Assembly (NCBI GenBank): GCA_965153455.1
Contig: OZ234494.1
Span: forward strand, 11,160,001 to 11,224,000
DNA length: 64,000 bases
Source: Sphagnum compactum
Lineage: Eukaryota
Direction: 5' to 3'
Each line of letters opens with the position of its first letter. Positions within the stretch are counted from its first letter, which is position 1. Below are positions 14,701 to 25,604 of the stretch, piece after piece. The notes beneath the pieces were generated by a model, which was not told the origin of the DNA, ran no database searches, and saw only the letters and a program-made list of their open reading frames with translations. The translations under genes were made by a program, and so were the position numbers.

Positions 14701-16285
14701 TTCCTACACTCATGTGGGCAGGCTATAGCACATGTTTGGAAGCTCATTTACTTGTGGGCTTTAGGTGTGGTTCACTTTTGTAGTGATGTCTCCTTGCAGC
14801 TTGTTTTGTTATGCTATTTAGGCTTTACACGACAGGAATAAGGGATTTACTATTTGTTGGTGTTCCTTGAAGTTTCTTGAATTTTCACATTTCTGTCAGG
14901 AAGTTTTGGTGCTGGAGATAGAGAATGGAGGTAGTTGGTGTGGCAGGACTGTAAGCTAGGGACCTTTAAATAGTGATTATTATGTTTGTGTAGTGATTTG
15001 GTTTTACCTTACTCTGTTTTTTCTGACCATGTCCTGTTGACCTTCCACATGCAGTACCTCCCTTGTCAGGAGGTGCTGATATGTTGTTGGAGCTTCTGTC
15101 CCTTGGCACTCCAGCAGCTCCTCCATTAGCTTCTCAAGCATCCCCTCTCCCAGCTTCGAGCCAACCATCACTGAGGAGTTCTCTGTTGGATGCTGACCCT
15201 TTTGCCATTCCCAAGGGCTCTGTAGTTTCCCATGTGATGAGTGACCAGACTCACAATGGTCCTGCTTCAAATGCTGATCCTTTTGCAAATCTCGCTCCTC
15301 TGTCAAAGCCAACAGCTGCTAGTGGTACGTGATCCAGCCTCAGCAGTGTTTTTTATTTTTTAGGTTGCATGAATTATGGATATAGGTGACTTTCCTCTCA
15401 AACTAGTCTTCTGTCTCCTTGCATCTTCTGTTATTGAACACTAACACTTCATTGTTTGCTTTCTGTGCTTTTCTTGATTTGCAGAAAATCCAGCATTCCC
15501 ATCGCTTGTGGCAATGCAGACAAGTGGGTTGAAGATTACATTTGAATTCACAAAGCAAGCAAACTCTCCACAGACTACTATTATTAAGGCCACTCACACA
15601 AATTTGTCTTCAAGTCCATACTCAGATTATCTGTTTCAAGCAGCAGTGCCAAAGGTAATAATCTCTTATTTAACATTGGGGAGCTCTGTATGTGACTTTG
15701 GTAACTTTTTTCCTTTCTTTGCAGTGAATCAGTCAGGTTCTGCTTGTAGCTAACCAGTCTTCAAACTGGTGTCTACACAGTTTATGCAACTGCAGCTAGA
15801 GCCAGCCAGTAGCAACATTCTTCCTGCAAATGGGGGTGGTGTGATCACACAGGTTGTCAAGGCAACCAACAATATGCATGGCCAGGTTCACCTCTGCTCT
15901 CCTGCCTCTCTTGCCTCTTCCTAAGACACCCATGTGTTTTCACGGGAACTTCTGGCAGATTCCTGAGTTTTCATAGTCTGATGATTGCTAGCCAGAAATT
16001 ATTCCTTGGGAGTTGATGTTCAGGGGACTGAGACTTAGCTGATGCACATAACAATTGACAAAGAGTTTGTGGGAAAATAAGCTTAATACCATTGTCTTGT
16101 GTCAGGTCTAGTTTATACTTGTGTCTCTAATTTCAGAATATGGATTGTAACTATCACTGCATTCACAAACTTGCTTGGTGTGCTTGCAGAAAGCTATGGT
16201 AATGAAATTGAGAGTGAGCTTCAAAGCAAATGGACAGAATAACTTGGAGCAAGCCCAGGTCAATAACTTCCCTGTAGGGTTGTAG
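8780..16285 (+). CDS. AP1G: AP-1 complex subunit gamma (gamma-adaptin), 18 coding exons, 882 aa
   Basis: Spliced by hand, all introns GT..AG with consistent phases. Exons: 8780-8796, 9356-9658, 9856-9997, 10140-10313, 10801-10977, 11184-11338, 11827-11917, 12310-12473, 12815-12869, 13065-13187, 13391-13486, 13809-13936, 14172-14276, 14415-14692, 15055-15324, 15485-15654, 15781-15885, 16190-16285 (2649 nt, ends TAG). Trunk: [25 protein letters not shown]...[25 protein letters not shown]...[28 protein letters not shown]...[11 protein letters not shown]...[22 protein letters not shown]...WCIGEYG...[10 protein letters not shown] low-complexity hinge follows (LIDLL, LLELL), then the ear domain ...[19 protein letters not shown]...[12 protein letters not shown]. 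Confidence 0.97.
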
Positions 16286-19200
16286 AATACTTTCTTTAAG
16301 CTGTTGAGCAAGAGCTTAGGTTCAGTTTAGGCCCTTCAATTTTATGGAGTTGAAAGGGAAGGACCATGTAGGAACTATGAAATTGGCATTGGAGAATCCT
16401 CAGGGTTAAGGATAGTACTACATTTTAAATTATAATGTGCAATAGAAGTTGTGTAGCTTGTCAGCAGTTAGTAGTTTTGATCCCCACTTGTATGCCAGAC
16501 CCTCTGATTTTTTTGGTGTGAACCGCTGGTGTTGCGGGAGACACTACTATGTAATTAGCCCCAAGCCAGATTGGTGTGAATGGCAGGTCGATAAATAGAT
16601 CCACTAGGTTTAGTTGATTAGTCTACCCAACGAGGTAATGGGTGCCTCTTCAGACGCGCACACAGAGACTTGTTTTGAGGTTTGCTGATGCATCTGAACT
16701 TCTTAGATCCAGTGATCTGACACCAGATGTTTCTTGGCTCAAGAAGAAAAAACTCTATTTGATTAGGCAAAGAGAACAAATGTCTGCAGTTGAGGGATGG
16801 ATGGTGGGTGGACAGGAAATACTTTTCTATTGGGTTCTAGTTCTCTAGTGCATGATGGTGGTGAGCTCAGTTTCCGCTTTTACTACTTACCAACAATCCC
16901 ACCAGCACTGCCTTATGTACTAACCATCTACTTGCATGTACGCACCTAGTATCCACCTACTTTCATTACCTACCTACAGGACTCGTGAGGTAGTTTTTAG
17001 AAGGTAGGTTAATGATGGGAAAGCTGATGAAGAGTTGGTTGGGGTTTAGGGTTTGTGAAATTTGAGATTTATTCATAACTTGTAGAATGGGACAAAATAG
17101 TATGATTGATGAATGATTCCTGTACTCGGTCATTCTCCTGAGGTTTGGGAACACCCTTGGGCTCAGGCCCTCAAGTGCCCCTCCCTAAGGAGAACATACT
17201 CGTACAGGAACCTCCCCTACAACAAAATTTGACGACGCCATGTGTGATTGCTTTGGTTTTGTTAATGAATTCAATGTAGTATGATATCATTTGGTCTTCT
17301 AAAATGCTTTTAGTTCAAGTCTGAAATTAATTCTAGGATTAAGTAATAACAAGTCCTTACTATGTTCCTTACTTAGTTCATACAAACATCAACCTTGCAT
17401 TTGTAAAATCAGTACATCCCCATAATCAAACTTTTAGTCGTACCAAGTGAGATACTATTAAAATTTACTGAAACTAAGGTGCTTGTATATAGTACAGTCT
17501 GCTAGTGAAAGTTTAGTTGTACCAGGTGGGGTACTAGTAATGCAATTATTTTTTTCCATTAGAGTTGTTCCATCTAGTAGCTAATAAGCACACAATCACA
17601 TGAATTTTGCTTTAACAAAATACTGCAATTCAAAGCATTGGCAAAATACGGAACTATGTGAGATCTCAGTCCACCTACAAATCATGAATCATCAGAGGGT
17701 GATACCTATATTATCTTTTATAGGATCATATATACTTTCTCGTCGGTTCTTTAATTAGGAAATGTTCTCAACCTTCTCAACCTTCTTAACTTTATAACTA
17801 CTTACAGAGATTTTCAGCTCATTTACAACTTCCAACTCTGCAATGGAAAGTGCTTGTCCATGCAGCAACACATACGGCTAGGCTAGGAAGACTGGTAAAT
17901 CAGCCAAGGTCTCTTTCTTCACTGTTTGTCCTTAGCCCGATTGATATTGTTCCAAAAAAACATTTTGGGTGATGCTCAAACATGTTTGGGATTTTGATTA
18001 TGCACATTTTGGGTGTGTAATGGACAGTCAGAAGCATGTTATGTTTCCTAGTATCCATTGCATGCCCACAACGTGAATAACCACATGCCCAAATGTGTCT
18101 GGGTAGCAACAAGATGTGTTCAAGCTTCACCAAACACATATTGTGATCAGAGCATATACTCTGTGTGTAACTAGGATCATAATGGCCTAGTGGAAAGAGA
18201 CGCCAAGATGCATGTGATGGGGCACATGCAACATAGCATCTCAATTGCAGTAAGTTGTAATAGTACCTTTACTTTGTATGAATAAACTTCAATAGGAGAA
18301 GAACACCAGTGTTGGTCTGGTATAGACTTTTGAACATACCAGCCTTGTGACTGATCTGGATATGGGATTCCATATGAAGCATTTATTTGTTTGTTTGTTT
18401 GTTTTTTCTTCAGTTTTAGCTAAGTTTGTTACATCCAGTCATTGTTGGAGCTCTAATTGTCACATGGACAAATTGAGTGTCTATCTGTCCAACTACTTGG
18501 TGTGAAAATGTGTAGTTTTTTATAAATTTAAAAAAATTAAAAAAAAAGTTTCTGATTTGTTAAAGAAAATCATTCTAAGTCGAAAAATTGCAATTACAGT
18601 TCATCATCCTTCCTCGGGTTTTTTTGTGTGAATGAATGTTGTTTTAAATTCAATTTTTGGTAACATGCTATATGGGGGAATCAAACCCCAAACTACAAAG
18701 ACCCTACCTATCATAACATAACGCCTAACCTACACAAAAGAAATCATTTTTTGGCAATATTGAATGCAAAGGCAAATCCTACATGCCCAAACAAGGGGGT
18801 TGGATGCACATTCCAAAGAACCATAGATCATGGCAATAAAGGGTAATCAAAATCTTTGCCAATCAAAATTCAAATAGCCGGTTGTTTTTGCCTACATGAA
18901 CAAGCCATCCAAAGTATCTTAACAACATCCATGCATCCAAATTCCCAAAAAATCTCAAAAAACAAGAAGAGATATGAAGGATACTAGGAAAAAGACAACT
19001 TGGAAGTTGGTAGCCGTGCCATGAAGTAGCTTTCAGCCATCAAACTTTTCCCTCAAGCTTTAATCTTTTACACATCACCAAGTTCTTATGTCCTTCCAAT
19101 TTTGAATTGTTATTCCAAAAAAAAAGTTTTATAAAGTGAAAAACTTTTGGCTAAACATGTGAATGTTAAGTTCCACATGCATGGTTAATCAATTTTGTAG

Positions 19201-19399
19201 TTTAATTTTCGTGAAGGTTAGTGTAAAAAAAATTGTTCATTCTTAATAGAACTCATTATTTGCACAACAACAAGTTCAACCATGTATTTTGGGACTTTGT
19301 TTTCAAAATTTTGAAAGGAAGTAAAACTTATGCACAACTTAGTTAGCAAGTTCACATCAAAAGGTTTTTACATTGCCAACTTAACATGTTTGACATGTT

Positions 19400-21200
19400 A
19401 AACACAAATAAAGATCTTCGAAAGTCAATAGTAAAAGTTGACAACAAGGGTGGAACCCATACCTCATTAGGTCTTACCTTTTTGGTTGACAAAAAGGTGC
19501 CTTGATGATTGCCAAATGAGCGTTGACCATTTTTTCAAGTTCTAGTTGCCACCAATATTGTGGGTAAACAACTCCCAATACATCCATCAAATCTTGAGTA
19601 AGGAACTGACCTTGTAACTCTATAATAAGTTGAATGGCAATTTCTTAACATTGTTGTTTCACAATTGCAACCACCTTTCCATATATGTTCCTTGTAACAA
19701 AATCCAATACCCCCATTTGATCTAAAAATGTGGCACAAATGTGTTGCCCAACTAATTCAAAATCTAAATGATCAATTCATGTGTTTAGATATATAACCTA
19801 GCAAAGATTAATGTTCAATTCATGTGTTTAGATCTATAATTCAATAGAGATTAGTGCCTTCCTAAGCACAGTTGGTCAAAACAATGCAATTAGTGAACAG
19901 ATCATTCTTTAAAGAAGAATGATTATTGCAATACATGTATACACCCCCTTCACAATCTTGATTGTTATGAAATCATAAAGAAAATCATCTTTTAATTTTG
20001 CAAACTTAATCAAAGAATGTATTGCCTCTAACAATGACATCATTGCATTCAACCCGAACAACGTTTCCACATTAATGAACAAAGACAAATTCAATATGGC
20101 ATGATGTATTATGGCACATCTAATGCCATTTTCATGAAAAGAATACAATATTTAGACAACACACATTTGATAGCACAAATCATAAATATCATCTAGTTTT
20201 GATGATGTGTAAGATTTTGTTGCCCTTGGTTTTCCTGATCTGTACCAATTTGGTAAACTTTAAATGCTTATTGGGAAATATTGTATGAAATAGCCATACA
20301 AACATTGTAAAAGATTTTTAATGTGAGAAACAAAGGTAGGTTTGAAAGGGTGTGTACTGCAAAATTTGTTTGATGAACCATACAATGCACACCACTAAAA
20401 AATGGAACATATTCATGTTGAATCTAAATTGTCACTTTTGATTTGAGGCCTTGGAAGGCACTAACCCTATCAACACCAAAACACACTAACTTTGAAGCAA
20501 TGTCCTCTTGTTTCAAGTCCTTTTGTATCATCAAATCGTTCATGATCAACAAAGTCAAATTGTTAGCCCCTTATCTAGAGAACATTTGTTACTATTCAAC
20601 AACAATGATATTTTACACCAAAGCTACATAATGTAACCATGCTCACTTGCTCAACTTGCATTATCCATGGTTGTGACCCCATCACAAGTAAAAGAAACAA
20701 AGTTGGAATTCTAGACAATAAACTAAATCGTTTAAATTTTTTTGTTATGTATTTTTATTACAATCTTCCAACCAACCCCATCATACCAATATTTTTTGGG
20801 GTTTGATTAAAGTTTCAAAAACTCATATAGGGGTTGGAATTCTTCATAATCAATCATTGGCTTACCTTTATTCAACAAGTTGAAAATAGTTGTAGATTGA
20901 ACAAGTGTATATTTGTCTTCCACTATTTAGTTGTTGGAGGATAGTGGTTGTAGAAAGTTGTGAGCACAAGCAATCTCATTTCTTACATGCATACATTTTG
21001 GATCCATGATCCACATACCATTATACCCATTATTTTTACATGCATGTTTTTTTTAATAAAATCCCATTTAGTATCTAAAACATTTTCCTTACTCCCAATT
21101 TTGGTATAACCATAACATCTGACATCAAAAACTAATCAAACATGATTGAAAATGGGTTTTACCCAAGGCATTTTTACAACACAAATATTTTGAACCTTAC
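19400..21200 (-). mobile_element. Heavily decayed hAT (ZNF862-like) transposase remnant
   Basis: Minus-strand fragments read EDIASKLVCFGVDRVSAFQGLKSKVT (about 20430-20510) and LFGLNAMMSLLEAIHSLIKFAKLKDDFLYDFI (ORF 19909-20148). They parallel the better-preserved remnant at 57362-59500. Boundaries are approximate. Confidence 0.65.
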
Positions 21201-21271
21201 AATTAAAATTAATTACAACCTTATTAGGTTTTTTGGGAAGAGGGGCACATGCATCCTTAACATTTGTGACA

Positions 21272-22157
21272 TGTCATAACTTTAATTTTTGATTCATGCG
21301 AAAGGTTGGGGCAAAACGAAAAGGAAACAAGTTGGGAATAATCCAAGGCAAGAAAAAGGCTTAAAACATGAAGGGAATGAAAAGAAAGCACTCCTAAGGT
21401 TCTTGGGATGAACTCCCATTTTAGGAGTTGTTAGGAGCCTCAAAATGTTCCAAATTTTTGGGACAAATATGTAACTTGGGTAAACCTTGTTCAAATCAAA
21501 AAATATTTATACCATTAGAAAGTTCTCAAAGCGTAGATATCAAAAGTGAGCTTGCATTTTTCATTTGGGGCTAGGAGCTAAGATTTATGGCAAAAAAAAG
21601 GCTAGGAGTCAAATTAATATTTTGATTCTTGACCACAAAACCCATAAAACAAGGGTCAAATGAACTTTGACGAAGACTTGTAACATGGTGTTTGAAAGCT
21701 TTTGATAAAAGCTATAAGATAGTGTGTACATGTTCAAGAAATGATTGAAACATGGGATATACAAGGCTCCAAATATTTAAAACAACATAAATTTTGAAAG
21801 AAAATGTCATTTGGATATAACCCTTATGAGAGGCACATAGTATATTATAGGAAGGAGGGTGGTGGCCTTTTTTCTAGTCAATGTCATGTGAGTTTGAGGC
21901 AAGTTTATGATCTAAAAATGGTTCCATTTTCCACTAATGCATTGTTTAGCTTGTGCATGTGATTTGTTCACGAGGTGACCATGAATGTATCATGTATTAT
22001 AAATCCCCATCTTGGAGCTCCCACATGCCCCTCTTTCATCATTTCATGGAGTTAGGGAACATACTCCCAAGTTTTTTCTTATTATTTTTATTTTCTTTTC
22101 ATTGCTACCATTTGGGGTTCATTTCCAAAGCCTTGGAAAGAACTTAGGGGTGTGTCA
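21272..22157 (+). mobile_element. Degraded solo-LTR-like element
   Basis: Starts TGTCATAAC and ends GGGGTGTGTCA (TG...CA). Internal blocks resemble the reverse complement of 59703-60562, for example ACTCCCATTTTAGGAGTTG, ATATTATAGGAAGGAGGGTGGTGGCC and CCCCATCTTGGAGCTCCCACATGCCCCTCT. Flanks TGACA/AAACA match only partly. Confidence 0.6.
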
Positions 22158-23338
22158 AAACAACAAAGTTTTCAAGTATGGCATCTATATCAATGTCTAA
22201 ATTTCAAAGTGAAAAAAAATGTAATTTAAGAACATGAAGAAGGTTTCTTTGATCACCCATGTTATTGGATTCAAGTACATCCCAAGAAATATGGTTTGGG
22301 GGGCAACATTCTACATTGGAATTTGAACACCAAAAATATTTAAATTTGAAATTGTTTGATAACATTGGAAAAGCCTTGGAGAACAAACACACATGTGCAC
22401 TAACAACTAAAAACATAAACTTGATTCAAAAACCTCAAATTTCAATTGGATTAGGAGTTAGGACTAGAATACCCACCTCAAAAAGTTGTGCAAATCATGA
22501 ACATTGCACAACAATGGCATGCCATGATTTGGGAGTTTGTTGTGCAAATCACACTAATCATAGCCCACTTTCAACCATGTCAATGATTACACATGAAACA
22601 ACAAGCCATGCAAATCACAAACATTGCAACGTGTGTTATACCAATGAACAATGCACACACGTTCATGAGTAATGATTCACAATGCAAGTTGCAACTAACA
22701 CATTGAACAAAGAAGCATGAACATTGATAATAGGGAGCCAAAAAAACAAGTTACAAGATAATTGAGATGAAGAACACAAGTGCACAAATAAGCTTTAAGG
22801 GTTTAGAGTTTAGGAGTTTCTTGAGTTCTATAACTCAACTTGCAACTACTTGCAAAGCCCACACCATGCTCCAATGATCACAAGAATAACACCCTATAGT
22901 TGTACCAAGTTCCAACATCTTTCAAAACACAATCATTCAAATTTGCCACCAATTATTCATTGTTCAACAAGAACATGAACATTAATTATAAGCTTATGAA
23001 AGGAAACAAAAATACAAAGTTGTTCCCATGACTTAAGATTCAAGACTCCTAAATGCTCATTGCCAATGTGATATTGGTATTGGGTACTTTAAAAAACCTT
23101 CGTACTAATTTGGTCTTGGTATGGAATCCAAGTTTAATTTTTGGTAGGTATGAAACATGTTTATAGGGTATAATCGAATGAAAAATGTATTAAAATTGTT
23201 TTGCACTCATAGATTATGAAGATGCTAAGTAATGATCTTTCAATATCCACATCCTTGGCCTAGAAATAGTCACCAATTTATTCAATTTTTTAATCTTGCA
23301 ATAGATTGGGGATTGGACACACACAAACAAACCACAAT

Positions 23339-25604
23339 ATGAAGGAGGTGCAACAACGACAACAAGCTGCTTTGGACTTTGTTGTTCCTGATTTCATTCC
23401 CCTTGTTCCTTATAGGATGAATCTAGGTTTAGAAGAACTAACAAAAAAGCTCTTAAATGGGCAATCCACAGTTTTGAATCTTTCATGAATCTTAAAAATT
23501 TTCAAAATTTATTCTATCAAGAAAACCCTCACTACCTAGCTGGGGGAGTCTATCTAGATGCCCCAATTTCTCGTCTTGACTTTGCAATAGAATTTACGAC
23601 ATGGCTTTACATTTTGGATGATCAAAATTTTTTAAGTCAAAAATCTTCCTTGGAAGAGTTGGTTGAAATGCAATTGGACATCCAAGTTGTAATAATGGTA
23701 GCCTATCCACAAGACAAAAGTCTACAAGATAATTTGGTAAAATGTGTCAATAATGAACTTGGGCATCTTGAATTCGCCAAGGATTTTGTTGAAAAAGTAA
23801 TTGCGCAAGCTACTATAAAACATCTGCTTAGATCAGGTATGTGGGACCTTGCTACTTGTAAATCATATAATACATTTGCAAACTCAACAAAAATTTTAAA
23901 AATCATATGATAGGAAGCTTTGAAGATGAACACATGCAAGAGTTTCTTTGGAGGATTATGTGGGCAAGTGGGGGGATTCTGAAAGCATATTGGGAATATT
24001 AATAATTAAACATATATTAAGAAAAAAGGAGAGGAAAAATGAATAGTTAAAGATCAATAAGGATAATTTCAAATAATCAATGCAAGTGATCATTTAAACA
24101 AAGTTTGGATTTCTCAATGGTTTGACTGCAAAGGTGTGTTGAAATTGGTAGCAGGATATGACGAGCACATATCTCCAATTGCCTTAACATTTCAAGAGTT
24201 ATGGATAAGAGCAATCTCACTAATGCTGAAAGAATGGAGCCTTTGGTTTGGAAAAATAATGTAACAAGATGTGTTCACCAATTTTTTGGAATCACATAAT
24301 TTACACCATGACACTTGTCCTTCAATTTCTGCTTACATCCTAGAAAGGAGGAAAAGTGGATTGGTTCTCTCATCTCTTGTATGTATTTTGTACCCAAGAT
24401 TTTTGAATGTTTTTCTAAATTTTTAATTATGATTGATTAAAAGGCTTTGCTTTGAACAAAGTTTGAATATGATATGGTGTACATAATCAGTGCCTAGAAT
24501 TTGTGAAATCATTGTGTTGGTTCAAAAATTCTAGTTGATGTCTTTGGTAAAAAACATTTATAACAAAAACAAAACAATTCAATTGAAATAACCTTTTGAG
24601 GTAGAGTTGAATGTTGAGCACTTCCAACGAATCATGATCAAGATTTTTAATTTCATTTGGAATTGATAATTTGTTGGATTTTGATGGCAGGTTATTCAAG
24701 AGCTTTTCCAAGATGTATTTCTCCCATATTCAATATATCAAGCCTACCCATGCAATGTCTCCTTGATGCTGCAATGGATGTAGTTTGTTGGGAGAATGAT
24801 ATTGGGTCATTTCCAAAGGTGATAATTTTGTTCTCCAATCTATTCAATGTAATTAACATCCTTGCTTTCAATAAGAGTCATAGGTAGAAAATTGTTGCCC
24901 CAAATGGTTCAATTTGAGAACAACCCTTAATTATTATTGTTATAAGAAGATCATGTTAGTACCAATATATGGCGTAAGGTATATAAAAAACTTAAGGACC
25001 ATATTATAACTTGTTTAATTAGGACTGAATTTTTTATAAAATAAATTCCATAAGTAACACAGAGCTCATGGCCATGTGCCAAGTTTATTATATTTAATAC
25101 ATTTGAAATAGGATTTATTTCTTAATGAGCTTATAGTTCACGATAACACTTGGTGAACATTCTTCAAATTGTAGGAATAAATGAAATTTACATTGTTTCG
25201 TAATATATGCCTTATAGTAGAGACAATAAATTCATGAGTTCCAAATATAGTCCAAGGTCCTAGACATCTTTAATTTCCTAACATTTAGTATTAATTAATG
25301 TGGAAAACAATTGATTCACACAGGAATTGGTAGCTAGAGAAGTGGCAAATTTGGTGTTCTTGATTAGCAAAGAAGAGGGGTGTTCCTAAAACAAGGCTAC
25401 AAAAATTGTGACTAAAATGATGGTGGATAAGTGCAAAGAGATGTAACTAGCAGCTATAGAATTAAAGGAACATTGCAAAATTCATGAATTAACAACTACG
25501 CAAAAAGCTGCAATTGAACATTACATCTCATGTTGCAACCATTGGGTAGCGGATCGCATATGTTTTATTCCCAAAGTTGTTGGTTCCAAGTGGCGTGTGC
25601 ATAG
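23339..25604 (+). pseudogene. Microbial-terpene-synthase-like (MTPSL, class I terpene cyclase) pseudogene, 4 exons
   Basis: Exons 23339-23836, 24155-24378, 24691-24818, 25324-25604 with GT..AG introns. The repaired translation (about 377 aa) contains WLYILDDQNF (aspartate-rich motif), SPIALTFQELWIR, PSISAYILERRKSG, DVVCWENDIGSFPK|E (NSE-type NDxxSxxKE) and ANLVFLI...YISCCNHW. Lesions: frameshifts near 23445, 24740 and 25550; in-frame TAA at 24262, 25387 and 25444. Confidence 0.85.
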
